DNA of 64,000 nt, from assembly GCF_036365525.1 (NCBI RefSeq), contig NC_090378.1, forward strand, positions 119,521,593 through 119,585,592. Direction: 5' to 3'. This DNA comes from Heterodontus francisci (lineage: Eukaryota). Below, piece after piece: positions 36,301 to 50,260 of this stretch; within the stretch, counting starts at the first letter, position 1; every line of letters starts with the position of its first letter. The position numbers and the translations under genes were made by a program. The notes beneath the pieces were generated by a model that saw only the letters and a list, made by a program, of their open reading frames with translations, searched no databases and was not told the DNA's origin.

Positions 36301-39300
36301 TGAGAGTGGGAGAGAGATTTTTAATTCCTCCAACAGAACTACTTCCCTGAGATTCACATAGCTTTGCGGTATTTTAAGAGCCCTCAGCCACTGGTCAAAA
36401 GCCAGCTGCTTACTTCTTTTAAACTCCAGGTAGGTTTGATTAGCTTGCTTCCTGAGGGTTCATATGCCCCAAGGATAGCCTTTTTGGTCAGTTCATAATT
36501 TGCTGAACTCTTATCTAGCAACAAGGAATGAACCTCATGGGCTTTTCCAGTTTGCTTGCTTTGAAGTAAAAGAGACCAGGTCTCAGCTGGCCATTTCAGC
36601 TGCCTTGCCAGTTTCTCAAAAGACACAAAAAAGGCCTCCACATCTTCATCATTGAATTTTGGCATTAGTAAGTTTTAGCAATTTTTTGCCCAGTCTGAAT
36701 TATGCTCCTCCATATTGGCCATGCTTGCACTGAGGTTACTCTGTCACCCCTGAGTTAACTCAAGCCGCTTCAGCTCTCTTTCTTCGGATTCTTTCTGGAA
36801 TATTCTTTCTCTCTCTCGCTCCTCTCTCTCTTGTTCCTTCTCCTGTCTTTCTCTCTCTTTTGCCTTTCATTCTCTTCTCATTCCTTTCTGGAAGGCTCTC
36901 TCTTTCTTTTCCCATTCTTTTTTGGAAGGCTCTCTCTTTCTCTTCACATTCCTTTGGAAGGCTCTCTCCTTCTCCCACTCTCTTTCCTCAAAGCCAAGTT
37001 TCCTCTGTTCCAATTGTACCTTTGCGAACAATACCCTGTCGAATTCTGCTTCGGACCCTGTTTCTGCTTCTTCAGATTCAAGGAGACAATAGTTGGCCAC
37101 TAGCCTTCGGAGTTCAGACTTCCTAGTACTGTGATCCCACACTGCTCAGCCGTGTTCCTCAACACCTCCATAGACAGTGCTTTTAAGTTATCCCAAGTTA
37201 CTTCACCCTGGCTTGGAGAGCTGCTAGCTTCAGTTGCAGACATGTTAGTATTCAATCACACACGACCAGGAGAAAACCTGTATTGAAAACTTGCTCTTTT
37301 TGATTGTGAACAATTAGGTTTCCCATTTCCAATTTCTCTTGTTTGTCTATGGGTAAAGTTACGGACACAGGCACCCAAATTTCTATTATGACCAGGTGAG
37401 AAAGGTGTCTGGGGATCCGCTTCAGCCTTCACCTGGTCTTCCTGTAACAGGCTTTACTTTTAAACATGCCGTGTTTTGAGCTCCCCCTTTGGTGAATCCT
37501 TGTTCACCACTTTCCAAATATAAGGCAAAGAAATGAGCACAAACAGGCTTTTTTAGGTTTAAAGAAGAAAAGTCAAATTTATTAAAATTTAAATGGTAAT
37601 TCGGTTAACGCCTACGGATACACATCATGCCCCATGCTCTGCAGAGTGTTTCCGATTGTGTGAGGTTCATTTAGCCTTGCTGGTCACAACCGAACCCACT
37701 TATTTACGGTCGAAGGTCTGGGCTTACCTTCATGAATCAAACTGAAGGATGATGAATAATGCAATCGATGCAGGTTTCAGATTTCGAATAATGAAAGTAT
37801 GTTCAATATGTACTGCGGATCTCAGTGTGGCAAAACCCATGCTAATGTTCCTATATGACTAACAACAAATCGATTACTTCCCCTTGGACTTCTTAAACTA
37901 AGCCCCTCTGTGTTCCCTAACTCACAGTCGGTTAATTCCCAACACTACACTAACCCCCTTTTCTAAAGTTTGGTCGGGACATGCAGAGGTAACTCTCCAC
38001 ATGACTGTGAGTTGAGTATTCTGCAGGCTGCTCACCCTGCTGACTTTGAATGCCGGGTCGTGTCTTCTACGATCAAAGTCCTTGGGGCTGTAACCATTCC
38101 TTAGGGCATGCAACTTCCTTTGGTCCTGGTTGTAGAGGGAGCAGCGTGCTCTGATCTTCTGTCCTGTAGAGCTGTGTGGCTGCTGTCCATTTGACATCAA
38201 CTGTTCAATCCTCTCCTTCCTCAGGCTGCTTCACTTCTACTGTTTCAGCGGTCTTGCTTTTTCCACCAAAATCGGAATGTTCCCTTTTTTCTGACTGATC
38301 TTGTCATGTCCCTGGTGAGAAAGCTTTGTTTGAATCTGTGGTATTTTCATCTGGCTGGTTTCGGTGGGGGAGTGGGGAGGACGGACAATGGGAACTGTTG
38401 GTCTTGCATCATCTAGTTGAGTACTATACGAAGTGTGAACTGCTTCCGATGGGTTCTGTTGTCCGATTGACTTGATTATATATAAAACCAGTGGATTTCA
38501 TTGTCTCCTTAGGCACCTTGGAGCCAGTGATGATGTGGGTGGCTGGTTGAGAGCAGAAGGCAATGTCTCTGTTGGGTGGAGTGGGTTTTGGTTTAGCATT
38601 TGAAAAGCTTGTCCTTTCTGATGTGAGACCAACAGCCTGTCCTCTGGTAATTGTGTTTTAAACACTGTTCTTTTCACAGCCATTTCCCCCCAACTGGGGT
38701 TTTAATCGTGGCAAATAAAGTCTTGGATTAAAAACGATAATCCTTTAGCTCGCATGCATACGCGATGGGCACATGCAAATAGAGACAGAAAGAGCAGAAG
38801 AAAAATCAAGTGGAGAACTTTGAGGCAATCTCTGAACAGTTTCTTGTTACTGTGCTTCGAGCTCACTATAGAGTCCTTTTGTAGGTAGTTCTTTCTTGTA
38901 GGTAATTCTTGCTTTTCATTGGGGCCCAGTATTCTTCTTAAACTTTGCTCACTGTTGGAGACATTTCTCTCTCTTGGGGTTCTTGTGTCTTCAATGGATT
39001 CCAAAGCTGGGAAGAATGAAATGAGAGCAGACAGGAGAGAGATGTTCTCAATCCAGGAGCCAGTAGCTTTCTGTCTTCAAATTCACTGTGGCGAGTTCAA
39101 AACCTGCAACAGCCAGTTAGTCAGGTGACTAAAATAAAAGCACAATACTGCAGATGCTATATTATAATTATTTATGTGACTAAAGTAGTCTGACCATGTC
39201 TTCTGTGTGTCGGGAGCAGGGACTGGTTCCTTTGTGCCAACACTGTCTGCTAGTTCGCAAAAATGTATTTTCCAGGCTAGGGGCCTGGAATTTCTTGTAA

Positions 39301-39393
39301 TAGGCCCTCTTTTCCCAGCAACAATTTGAAGTTTAACGTGCATGTGGTGAAATTAATGTGCCTCATTCTTGGCTGGTGGGGGCCTGCATGACA
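33319..39393 (-). mobile_element. Gmr1-like Gypsy LTR retrotransposon, internally deleted
   Basis: LTRs at 33319-34156 and 37384-39393 (interrupted); degenerate PBS near 37362-37378. SCAN-like gag (PKFNDEDVEAFF...; LREVVLLEE), degenerate zinc knuckle CFHCNKAGYLKADC, protease LRDTG, then directly the integrase N-terminus (QLVVPQRYR...FDWPKLHKD). No RT seen. Confidence 0.85.
37640..38745. mobile_element. About 1.1-kb unclassified insertion inside the 5' LTR
   Basis: Absent from the partner LTR at about 33572; LTR homology resumes at about 38746. Confidence 0.65.
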
Positions 39394-41957
39394 ATGTATA
39401 TATATATTTGTAAATGTTAGCCTTGTTTGGGAAAGAAATCTTCAAAGGATGCAGAGGGGGGACCAGATCCCTGAGATATGAATACTTTTACACTTATTTT
39501 TGTCCCCCATTTATCCTTATTTGTGTTCAATTACTTGAAACTGCCATTATCTAGTGTGGGCTAGCCTACAGTGATCTGTTAAAAGAATAAGCAATACCCT
39601 TTGTGAGTGAAAGTGCAGGGGCCTTGATGTTCAAGATCCGAATAAGACACTAATTCCTTGACCTCTTCATTTTCGTGCAATCACTTCACAGGTGTAGGAC
39701 AGCATTGATTCTGTATGTTCACTCAATAGATTTATCCAAAACAAAATCCCTTCAAAGTAGCAAAAATTCCAAGAATGTCTTAACAGTATATGAGACCCTA
39801 TCAAATTCAGTTTTGCACTATGTGTAAATTAACCAGCAGAGAAAGCAAGTGTTGAAGCACTTTAACATTTCTAGTGTCTTCCACACACACTGTTCCAGTG
39901 TCCTTTCCCAATCTGAATCTATGTGCTGTGATGAGGAGGGTCTTTATGGAGCTCATTACCCTGGTTTCGGGAGGCCAATGTATTTTCTTTCCTCCTCCTA
40001 TCCATCACTTGGTGCCCTGTAAAGGATTTACTAATCAGACACAATTACAGAAAGCCACTCACTATAAAAAGGTTCAGAATCTGGGCTTTGCCAACAACAG
40101 TCGACACAGATATTAAAGGAAATCATCTGAGTTATTTGTGAAATTTTCTAAGTGTACATTTTTGTAAATATTTTCCATATTCCTTTTATATTATGTAATT
40201 TGTTTTAAAAAGTTACTAAAATAAATTTCAGTGCATAAATGCTCCGTGATTTTATTTTGAAATGGAAGCAAAGTTCTGGTATGATGTGAGTACTTCATAT
40301 ATAAATAATGTTACTTCACTGCCCATAATTACTGCCATCTGCATGTTTCATGCATTGAGAGCTCACCTACTTGAATGTGACTATTTGACCTTTATTGATA
40401 GCCGTATCCTCGAAACCAAGGCCAGTGACTGGGTAACAGCAGTGTTACCATGTTTTTACAACAGCTGATCAAAACAGAGTAACAAAACCACATACACTTC
40501 AATAGTCTAGTCGCTGGTTTGCATTCCTCATATGCAAGGTCTTTGTTTTTCCTCCTGATTTGTCCCAGTTTTCCCCAGTACGAATTTTTTTATTATTTTA
40601 TTATTGATCATCAGCTGTAAAATGACACTGGGCATACCCACAGACTATTTGGTCTGGTCAGTATGACTTCCAACATCAGCCCACACCTCCAACCCCCCAC
40701 CGCCCTCCCTGCCCCCACCATCCTCCATTTCAGTGTAAGAGGCAAAAAGATATTCACCTAAGTGGTGGTCTGAACAATTTGATTTACAACTTCTTGTGTG
40801 GCCACTTCCACATTCCCTATTTTATATTGTCTGCCCCCATCCCATGCTGAAATGTCTGGATTTTTTTGCTGTTGCCTATGGTATTTCCTCAGTTTTCCTT
40901 GTATCCCAGTCTTCTCTCCTTCCCAAATTCTATGTGTAATAAAAACAAGAAATGCTGGAACCACTCAGCAGGTCTGGCAGCATCTGTGGAAAGAGGAGAG
41001 TTAACGTTTCGGGTCAGTGACCCTTCTATGTGTATCTATTTATCTCTATCACCACTAGCTTGATCAGTTTCAAAGTTGGTGTTCCGAGGTTGCTATGAGT
41101 TGAATGATTTGAATAAGCTTTAACCAAACTGGAGAGTGTTATAAACATGTGCTACGCCGAATGATTTTTTTAATCCATTGGTTGGAAACCTGAATTAAAC
41201 TTGAAAAAGAAAGCAGCTAAAATGGCCACCACAATTTGCATTGAAATATCTCACATACCAGTGTATCAAGGCAGAGACGAATATCTGATTAATTTCCCAC
41301 CAGAACAATGGCTTGCGAATTTTGAATGAGCTCTGCCTTACCTCCATTAACAAGACATTCAAAGCCATCTTGGAACATTAACACTGTTGGAGACTAACTT
41401 CAAAGGGTAAACACTGAAACAGTGGGGCCTTGAGAGATTGGAATCCAGACATGATCTAACTAAATTACAAAAGAGAGAAAACATTGGACAGCCATGACAT
41501 GACAGTCTTTCCATCTGTGTGAAAATTGGCAGTTTCTTTTCACTACGGGAGACAAGCACCTGCTTTTGACCAGTGCAGATGCAAGTAGTGGGTCTGTCTG
41601 TCTCTCTCTCTCCAGGCAGCGCTGTAAATTCAAACCCTGCCTGGGGCTGCAAAACACCCAAGTTTATCATTGCTGCAGACAGAGACTTTGAACTCTGCGG
41701 GGTGCCCGCATTCAGCTGCGACTGCCAAAGCCCCGTGATATTTCGCACAGGGGCTCATTAGCATCACTGCGATTAGCCGTCCCCTGCCCCCCATATTACG
41801 TGGGGAGAGACGGGAATCTGGCAAAGTGAGGAACCTGTTGATAGCTGTGCAGCAGGTGCTGGGGCCCTATTTAAAGCGCCCCTGCACCTGCTTCCTGACA
41901 GTTGTCCAACAAATACTTAGCTCTCTGTTGAAGACTGGGGCTGCTGTCAATCTGGCA

Positions 41958-44605
41958 GCAAAGCAGAAAGTGCTGGAGAAACCCAGCACGTCAGGCAGCA
42001 TCTGTGGAGAGAGAAGCAGAGTTAACGTTTCAGGTCAGTGACCCTTCTTCAGAACTGGCAAATATTAGAAATGTGAAAGGTTATAAGCAAGTAAAGCAGG
42101 GGTGGGGCAAGAGATAACAAAGGAGAAGGTGTAGATAGGACAATGTCACAGAATAGCTGACCAGAAGGTCGTGGAGCAAAGGCAAACTATATGTTAATGG
42201 TGTGTTGAAAGACAAAGCATTGGTACAGATAGGATGTTAACGGACTGAAAATTGAACAGCCACAGGTACCAACAAGAAAAAAAACGGTGGGTAAGCAAAC
42301 TGAACTGAGATGAAATAAAACAAAATGAACACAAAAAAAAATTTAAAAAAGAAAAAGAAAAAATAACTAAAAATAAAAGTAAAATGGGGGGCCTGTCACG
42401 CACCGAAATTATTGAACTCAATTTTCAGGCCGGCATGCTGTTGTGTGCCTAATCATTAAATGAGATGCTGTTCCTCGAGCTTGCGTTGATGTTCACTGGA
42501 ACACTGCAGCATCCCAGGACAGAGATGTGAGCATGAGAGCAGGGGGGAGTGTTGAAATGGCAAGCAACAAGAAGCTCGGGGTCCTGCTTGCGGACGGAGC
42601 GGAGGTGTTCCGCAAAACGGTCACCCAGTCTGCTTTCGGTCTCTCTGATGTGGAGAAGACCACACTGTGAGCAGCGAATACTACATTGAAAGAAGTACAA
42701 GTAAATCGCTGCTTCACGTGAAAGGAGGGTTTGGGGCCTTGGATAGTGAGGAGAGAGGAGATGGGCAGGTATTGCACCTCCTGCGATTGCAGGGGAGGTG
42801 CCGTGGGAAGGGGATGAGGTGGTGGGGGTAATGGAGGAGTGGACCAGGGTGTCACGGAGGAAACAATACCTTTGGAATGCTGACAGGGGAAGATGCCTTT
42901 GGTAGTGGCATCATGCTGGAGGTGGCAGAAATGGCAGAGGATGATCCTTCGGATATGGAGGGTGATGGGGTGGAAAGTGAGAACAAGGGGAACCCTGTCG
43001 CGGTTCTGGGAGGGAGGGGAAGGTGTGAGGGTAGAGGTGCGGGAAATGGGGCGGACACGGTTGAGGGCCCTGTCAACCGCAGTGGGGGGGGAATCCTCGG
43101 TTGAAGAAAAAGGAAGACATATCAGAAGCGCTGTCATGGAAGGCAGCATCATCAGAGCATATGCGTCGGAGACAGAGAAACTGGGAGAATGGAATGGAGT
43201 CCTGACAGGAGGCGGGGAGTGAAGAAGTGTAGTCAAGGTAGCTGTGGATATTAGTGAACAGCCTATCCCCAGAAATAGAGATAGAGAAGTCAAGGAAGGG
43301 AAGGGAAGCGTCGGAGATGGACCATGTAAAGGTGAGAGAAGGGTGGAAATTAGAAGCAAAGTTGATAAAGTTTTCCAGTTTGGGGCGGGGGCAGGAAACA
43401 GCACCGATACAGTCATCAATATACCGGAAAAAGAGGTGGGGGAGGGGACCTGAGTAGGACTGGAACAAGGAATGTTCGACATATCCCACAAAAAGACAGG
43501 CATAACTAGGACCCATGCGGTACCCATAGCAACACCTTTTATTTGAAGGAAGTGAGTGGAGTTGAAGGAGAAGTTGTTCAATGTGAGAACAAGTTCAGCC
43601 AGGCGGAGGAGGATGGGGACTGGTTGGGCCTGTGTTCAGGAAGAAGCGGAGACCCCTCAAACCGTCCTGGTGGGGGATGGAGGTGTAGAGAGATTGGACG
43701 TCCATAGTGAAGAGGAGCCGGTTGGGGCCAGGAAACTGGAAATTGTCAAAATGAGGTGGGGCATCAGAAGAGTCACGGATGTAGGTGGGAAGAGACTGGA
43801 CCAGCGGAGAAAAGATAGTCAAGATAGGAAGAAATAAGTTCAGTGGGGCAGGAGCAGGCTGACACAATGGGTCTGCCGGTACAGTCCTGTTTGTGGATTT
43901 TGGGAAGGAGGTAGAAGCAGCCTGTCCGGGGTTGTGGTGCTTTGAGGTTGGATGCTGTAGAGGGAAGATCTCCAGAGGAGATGAGGTCAGTGACAGTCCT
44001 GTGGACAGTAGCTTGATGTTCGGTGGTGGGGTCATGGTCCAGAGGGAGGTATAAAGAAGTGTCTGAGAGTTGGCGCTGAGCCTCTGCAAGGCAGAGGTCG
44101 GTATGCCACACAACAGCAGCACCACCCTTGTCTGCATGTTTGATGACCATGTCAGGGTTAGACCTGAGAGAACGGAGTGCCTCAGGTTCAGAGGGGGACA
44201 GGTTAGAGTGAGTGAGAGGGGCAGAGAAATTGAGGTGACCAATGTCTCACCGACAGTTTTCAAAGAAAAGATCAAGAGCGGGTAAGAGGCCGCGGAGGGG
44301 TCCCAGTAGAGGGAGAATGCTGGAGGCAGATGAATGGGTCTACTGATCGGGGTAAGGATTCCTGGTCAAAGAAGTGAGCCCGGAGGCAGAGGCGACAGAA
44401 GACGAGCGCAATGTCATGCCCAGTGCGAATGTCATTGAAGTGGGGGCGTAAGGGGATAAAACTGAGTCCTTGCTGAGTACAGAATGTTCAGCATCAGAGA
44501 AAGGGAGGTCAGAGAGTATAGTGATTGCACGGCAAGGGGTCAGATCAGAAGGGGTGGGGTCAGAGGGAAGTGAAGAAGGATCTGGAGGGGCATTAGGCCC
44601 CATAG
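41958..44605 (-). mobile_element. Penelope-like element (RT + GIY-YIG), decayed
   Basis: VIKHADKGGAAVVW, FYLLPKIHK...GRPIVS, LFTMDVQSLYTSIP, GVAMGT, FRYIDD, and CSQCGLLHIRETESRLGDRFAEH. Confidence 0.9.
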
Positions 44606-44689
44606 TACATAGTTTTAAGATGTTCTTTACACTTTTTAATTTACACTAGGGGTAGGTTGAGGTTTTTAGTCAACATTCTCACTTATTAA

Positions 44690-46143
44690 TGATGTTGTCG
44701 GTCCTCAGTGTCCTCATAGTCCAAGGAGGAATGCTGTTGATGTCTCTCCTCATCATGCCAGACCTGGCCCCTATTGGGTGCGTAGTTGTGCAGGGCATCT
44801 CCCTATCCGTACAGGCATTGGAAAAGCTCTTTCAGCATGTCAATCTCCTGCTCAATGGCAGCTCTTTTAGCTCAGTGACTGGCATTGTATCTCTCCTCTG
44901 CAGCAGTTTTGGGGTCTCTCACTGGTGTCAGGAGCCATGTCTACAAGGGATAGCCCTTATCTCCAAGAAGCCACCCCTCCATTTGAGCCAGTTCAGTGAA
45001 CAGAGGCGGCAGCTGGGAATGGCACAGGTCTCAGGCGTCATGGCAGCTGTCTGTGAAGCAGGCACAGGTTTTCATGAAGCATCTCCGGTGATCACTTACC
45101 AGCTTCACCCAGATTGAGACGATTCCTTTAATGATGACATCTGCAGGTGGTAGCCTGGCAGGAGGCCTGATGGCCACATGGGTGCAATCTCTAAACCCTA
45201 AAACCTTTGGTTATCTGGCAATGGTGGCGAAACCGGTGACCCTCTGGGCCTAGCTGTGAGAGTCTGTCCTGAAGTGGACATACTCACTGGCCCTCCAGTG
45301 CAGGGCATTGGTGACCTCCCTGATGCAGCGGTGCACTGCTGACTGTGTGACCCCACAAAGGTCTCTGGTAGGCCCCTGAAAAGCTGCAAAGGCGTCAAGC
45401 TTGAGAACCGCTGCCATGATGAGGAACAATGACATGGGATTTCCACCAAAGCCCATGGGCTGCAGATCATCCTTGATCAGGGCACAGAGACATGTCACCA
45501 CCTTCTCTACACACACAAACTCCTCTGACACTAGTACTCTGACATCTGATGGCATGTCATGCAGGGCCTGTAGATGCACGGCAATCGTAAAGGCGAGCTC
45601 CCCTTGGGGGTTGCTGCTCACGACCGGGGGCCTCTACATGGATCGCACCTGCCTGTTGATTTTGCCTCTGGTGCAAACGGATACGCAAGAGCAGAGGATC
45701 ACACAATGTAGGATGAGCCATTCCTATTTCCAGGGCAGGGATTGGTGTTGACGGGTACATCAGCTGCTTTCATGGATCAACTATGTGGCATGGCATGGCA
45801 TTGCCCAGCTTGGCCAACACTCAGAGTGGTACAGCTTGACCACATCAAGATCTTCCAGCTGCATTGATTGCCCCCACCATCCATATAAGCTTAATGCTCC
45901 CTACCCTTTCTGGCACCCTGCCCACGGACAGGGTGACTGGAGTGCCATTGCTCCTTCACAAACACAAACAAACGCAGTGCGTACACTGTTTACGGAGGGA
46001 GGGTCGCACTGAGGTCCCCCCACTGCTATTAAGATGCGGCATCCTTTCTCGACGTCATGCGTCAAGGCAGGCCTCACCCCGCAGAACTTTGCCAGTCCGT
46101 GTGCCGCAACCTGCGGCATTGAGGGGCTGATAAAATTGAGCCC
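44690..46143 (-). mobile_element. PIF/Harbinger transposon remnant (HARBI1-type transposase)
   Basis: FQGPTRDLCGVTQSAVHRCIREVTNAL...YVHF; TIR-like end AAAATTGAGCCC at 46132-46143. Confidence 0.75.
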
Positions 46144-46149
46144 TTTATT

Positions 46150-46496
46150 CTTTTATTTGTCTGGACTCTAATCCAACCAATCTATTTTTCTTCAGTCTGC
46201 AGCCTATTCGTGTGTGTGTGTGCATGCATGTGTGTGTATGTGTGTAAAAGTTGGAGCATAGTTTATTATTTTACTTAGATCGGGTTTTGATTTGAAGTAT
46301 AATAAACTGACTCTTTCTTGTTTAAACTCAAGAAAACCTGTCCGATTGGTTCTTTTATGATCATAGCACCTAAAAGGGTTAAACACTCATTGAATTGGGA
46401 GGCACACCTACTGCTTAAAAGAAAAACTCTGTTGCCATCAAGCAAGGAGAGGGACAAGAGGAGAGCCATTCGACCCCTCCTCACCTGCGCATAACA
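46150..46496 (+). mobile_element. LTR 3' portion related to the Gmr1-like LTR
   Basis: AATAAA and terminus CCCCTCCTCACCTGCGCATAACA resemble the reverse complement of 33319-33360. Confidence 0.6.
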
Positions 46497-46739
46497 AGAG
46501 TTTTTTTTAAAAGTTTGAAACAATCTTCCCACGCTAACAAATCCAAATGAGTGACTTTCCCTCAAATAAGATTGGAAGGAAAATATTTTAAAAACTAGGA
46601 ATAATTAGTAAGTAACTGAATGAATTGATTTTGCTTAGTATTTGTAACATTGTATTCTTTCTGCCATACTCTAGCTCCATCTCTCTCTCTCGCTCCCTCT
46701 AATTTTCAACCATTAAGAAGTGACTACGAGGCTGGTTGA

Positions 46740-48460
46740 GCAATGTTTCACTTTATCAGCTTCAGAACCATTTCTCTCAAAGCCAGGAAATCCTCCCATG
46801 TCCTGCAAGTGGTGGATTTCGGGATTCAAGACCTACTTGCTTGCCTTGGGGATTGACAGCCAAGATGCAGCAGCGATTCACAAGAAAGCGATCCTGTACA
46901 TTGTGAGCAGAAAGACAGCGCATATTCAAGCAGTTCACAGAAGATACGTCTAAGTTTGATACAGCAGTAAGTGCTCTTGAAAAATACTGCGGGCCAAAGA
47001 AAAGTGTGATGATAGAGCCAGATACATTCCACCAGAGATCGCAGAGACATGGTGAGTCCATTAAACACTACGGGCAGCATTGCAGCAATAGGCATCTACA
47101 TGTAAATTTGGCACACTAAGCAATGAACTAATTTGTGACCAATTAATTGAAAAGGCTTCAATTCCATGAATTAGGGAATGCCTCCTCATGGAGGATGAAG
47201 ATTTAAGCTTGGAAAACACCACAACCTTGGCAGTCCAAATCAAATCTGCCATGTTAGATTCAAAGAGGTTACACAAACATGCATCCTTCGACTCAGGGTT
47301 GCAGACACAGCTTCTCCAACCAGTTTCAGTGCAGGGGTTAAGGACAAAGAGACTTTAACAACCTCATCAAAGGTGTCCCATCAAGGTCAGTTACCTTCAA
47401 AACTGTGCCCATATTGTGGAAATGCTCATCAAGTCACAAGACCATGTCCCACTCGAGGGAAAAAGTGTAATTCATGTTTAAAGTGGAACCATTTTGCAAA
47501 GATTTGCAGGTCGTCAAAGAAAAAGACGTCATCAGTTCGACACATGGGGGGAGTCTCTTCCTGAGAGTGAGGTATAACATGTATATACCATCACAAAAAG
47601 TAAAGCACCAGGTCATTTTAAGGAGAGCTCAGTCGAGATCGCAGCCATCCCTTTGTCATTTCTTATTGATGTTGGCGTGAAAGTATCTTATTTTGAGTGA
47701 CAAACTCTAGAATCAGTATTTTTTGCAATTCTCTCTCACTCCTGCAACAGACACACTTCAAGCTTATGAGTACATTATCATTTCAGTTTTGGAAATGATC
47801 ACAGTTTCAGTACGCTGTAAAAATATCACCCTAGACAGGTTCATTTTCTATGTAGCCAAAGGCCGAAACCTTATGGGGTAAACCTTTTCAATAGGCTTGG
47901 ATTCAAGCTTAAAGGTCTGCTGCAGCACACATTAACAGGATTGACGATGCAGATTATACACACCAGTATCCTTCCTTATTTACTGGATTTGGGAAGATCA
48001 AGGGCTACTGTCATGTTCCTTGCATTGACACATTCAATCAACCAGTTTCACAACATTTCAGGCAGTTGCCATTTGCAATCCATGCTGAAGTGTCACAGGA
48101 GCTGAAACGACTAGGAACAGATGGCATAATTGACTAAATCGATTCATTGCTGTGGATATCAAATCTAGTCATTCAACAAAGAAAAAATGGCAAAATTAGA
48201 CTATTCATTGACCTTAAGGCGGTCAATAAAGCTATCATACCAGAAAAGTAACCACTTCCTACAATTCAAGAACTGTCAGCATCATTTCATACCTCCACAA
48301 TCCTCACAAAGCTTGATATGCAAGGGAGTTATCTTCAGATACCTCGAGCAGAACAAAGCCGATAACTTACAGCTTTTGTTACTCATGAATGTGTGTTTCA
48401 GTACTGCAGAATGCCCAACGGAGTAAGTTCAGCACTGAAGGCATTCCAGAAGATCGCTTC
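46740..48460 (+). mobile_element. Gypsy internal fragment (gag-protease-RT), decayed
   Basis: EPFLSKPGNPP..WWISGFKTY; CPTRGKKCNSCLKWNHFAKIC; RT KNGKIRLFIDLKAVN...FQYCRMPNGVSSA. Confidence 0.8.
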
Positions 48461-48539
48461 TTCACACTCCACTCCTCTCTGCTCCTCTCCCCACCTCTCT
48501 GTTCCTCTCCACTCCTCTCTGCTCCTCTCCCCACCTCCC

Positions 48540-50260
48540 TGCTGGCCTGATCTGTGTATTCAAAAACTCATGAAGAGGTGTCACCAACGTCGATCCTGAA
48601 ACCATCAGGAGACATTCTTGAATTGAATGGTTTTCTCCGAGGACAAAGAAACTGATTTCCTTAACCCTTCTCAGGATGAATATCTTACAACAATAAACCA
48701 AAATGGAGTTAATAAAACTAGACCCCCACCATATTTGGCAAAGGAGCTGTGAGAAGTCACATGGTGGGGCAGCTATATTGGTCTCCTTGTAAAGATCGTT
48801 ATAATACAATCTTCAGGAAAGAAGTAGCAAACAGACCAGGCAGTACGAACGTGCCTTAAAAGAACAGGAAACTGTAATATCTGTAAGGTCTCCAAGACTG
48901 TTTCTTTTCAAATCCACCAGTACAGAAAACCAACCTCCAAATAATGAGAGTACAAGCAACTATCTTCATGACTTGCTGAAAATCCATCTCTGAGAGAATC
49001 CTGCAACGACTTCGATGTACAACATCGGCTATCGAATTCACCTAATTACATTTCAGCAGTAAAAACACCTTCTTCACTGGGCCCACAATGCATGCCTTTT
49101 CCCCAAGACAAGACAAATCAGGTGAATTACAAACTGTTCCTTTGCTTGTAATTTGTAAAAGTAGACTATCCTCTTTAATGCCTTTCTTTCTTGAGTGTGT
49201 GTGTGGTGAGTGACCTCGTGTCAGACTTTCAGGGTGAACATGTGAATAAAAATAATCCTCTTTATTTAAACTGACGAAAAGCGTGCTGCTGCTTATTCAA
49301 ATTGGCTATACACTCAGGAGTTCAGAAACACACAAATCTTCCTTTTCAAAAACACACTGATTCTGGGCAGTAAAGGGAAAAGAACAGGGGTTTCAGTTCT
49401 CTCTCAATTCTGTCTGTAAAAGAATTGGGAACTGCATCCACGATCCAAACCAACTGGACTTAAATTAGCTGAATCTGAACTTAAAAGAATAAATTGGAAG
49501 AAAGAGGGAAAAGTATAATCGCTGAAATTGTTTCTTTCAATAAAAAGGATTACAGCAGCAGGCTTCGCGTATATTAACAGTAAAAAATAGAATGGCTGGC
49601 TGTAAGTGAAATAATTTGAAGAACAGGATGATTTAACTTGGCATAAGTGAGCTACCTTAAACATCAAACAGTTCAGAGCAGTAGCTGACCAGGTGGAACT
49701 TCGTGTGAGGGAAAGGGCAAAAAGACCCGAGGTGCTAAAAGTGCTGGCTGAGCATTTCTCCCTCACCCCAGAACTGGAACAGGCAGAAGATCGAGAACCT
49801 GAAACAGACCAGGTCACCTCAGCAAAAATTCACCTGGAAGAGCAGAGGCTTGAGTTAGAATTTCAGGTGACAAATGAGGAATGAGAGGAGAAATAGAGAG
49901 AATGCTTTCCAGAGAGAAAAATTTGAGAAGGAACTACAAGCACAAAAAGATCGTGAAATGAGACAGATTGAATTGGCTAGGGGAAAATCATCTTTACATC
50001 GTGGAGAAGATGCTGATAATTCAAATGATCCTAGTTCAGAGACAAGCTTTGACTTCTTAAAGTATTCCTGGTAAGTACTCAGATTTGAAGAAGATGATAC
50101 TGAAGTCTTCTTCATATCCTTTGAGAAGTTTGTAGATTAGTTAAAGTGGTCTGAAGGAACTTGGACTCTCCTGCTACAGGGCCAGTTAACAGGAAAAGCT
50201 AGCAAGGTTTATTCCCTGTTGTCTGAGAGCTCCTCAAGCTCAGAGCAAATGAAAAATGGA
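48540..50260 (+). mobile_element. Gmr1-like LTR plus gag start, decayed
   Basis: LTR-like segment with AATAAA (49245) and PBS-like sequence near 49425; gag ...KVLAEHF...RLELE...RFEEDDTEVFFISFEK...LKW. Confidence 0.65.

Noticed and set aside
45250-45621. Domesticated HARBI1 or RAG-like transposase gene
   Set aside because: Fragmented by stops and frameshifts, Harbinger-type motifs only, no RAG1/Transib similarity seen.
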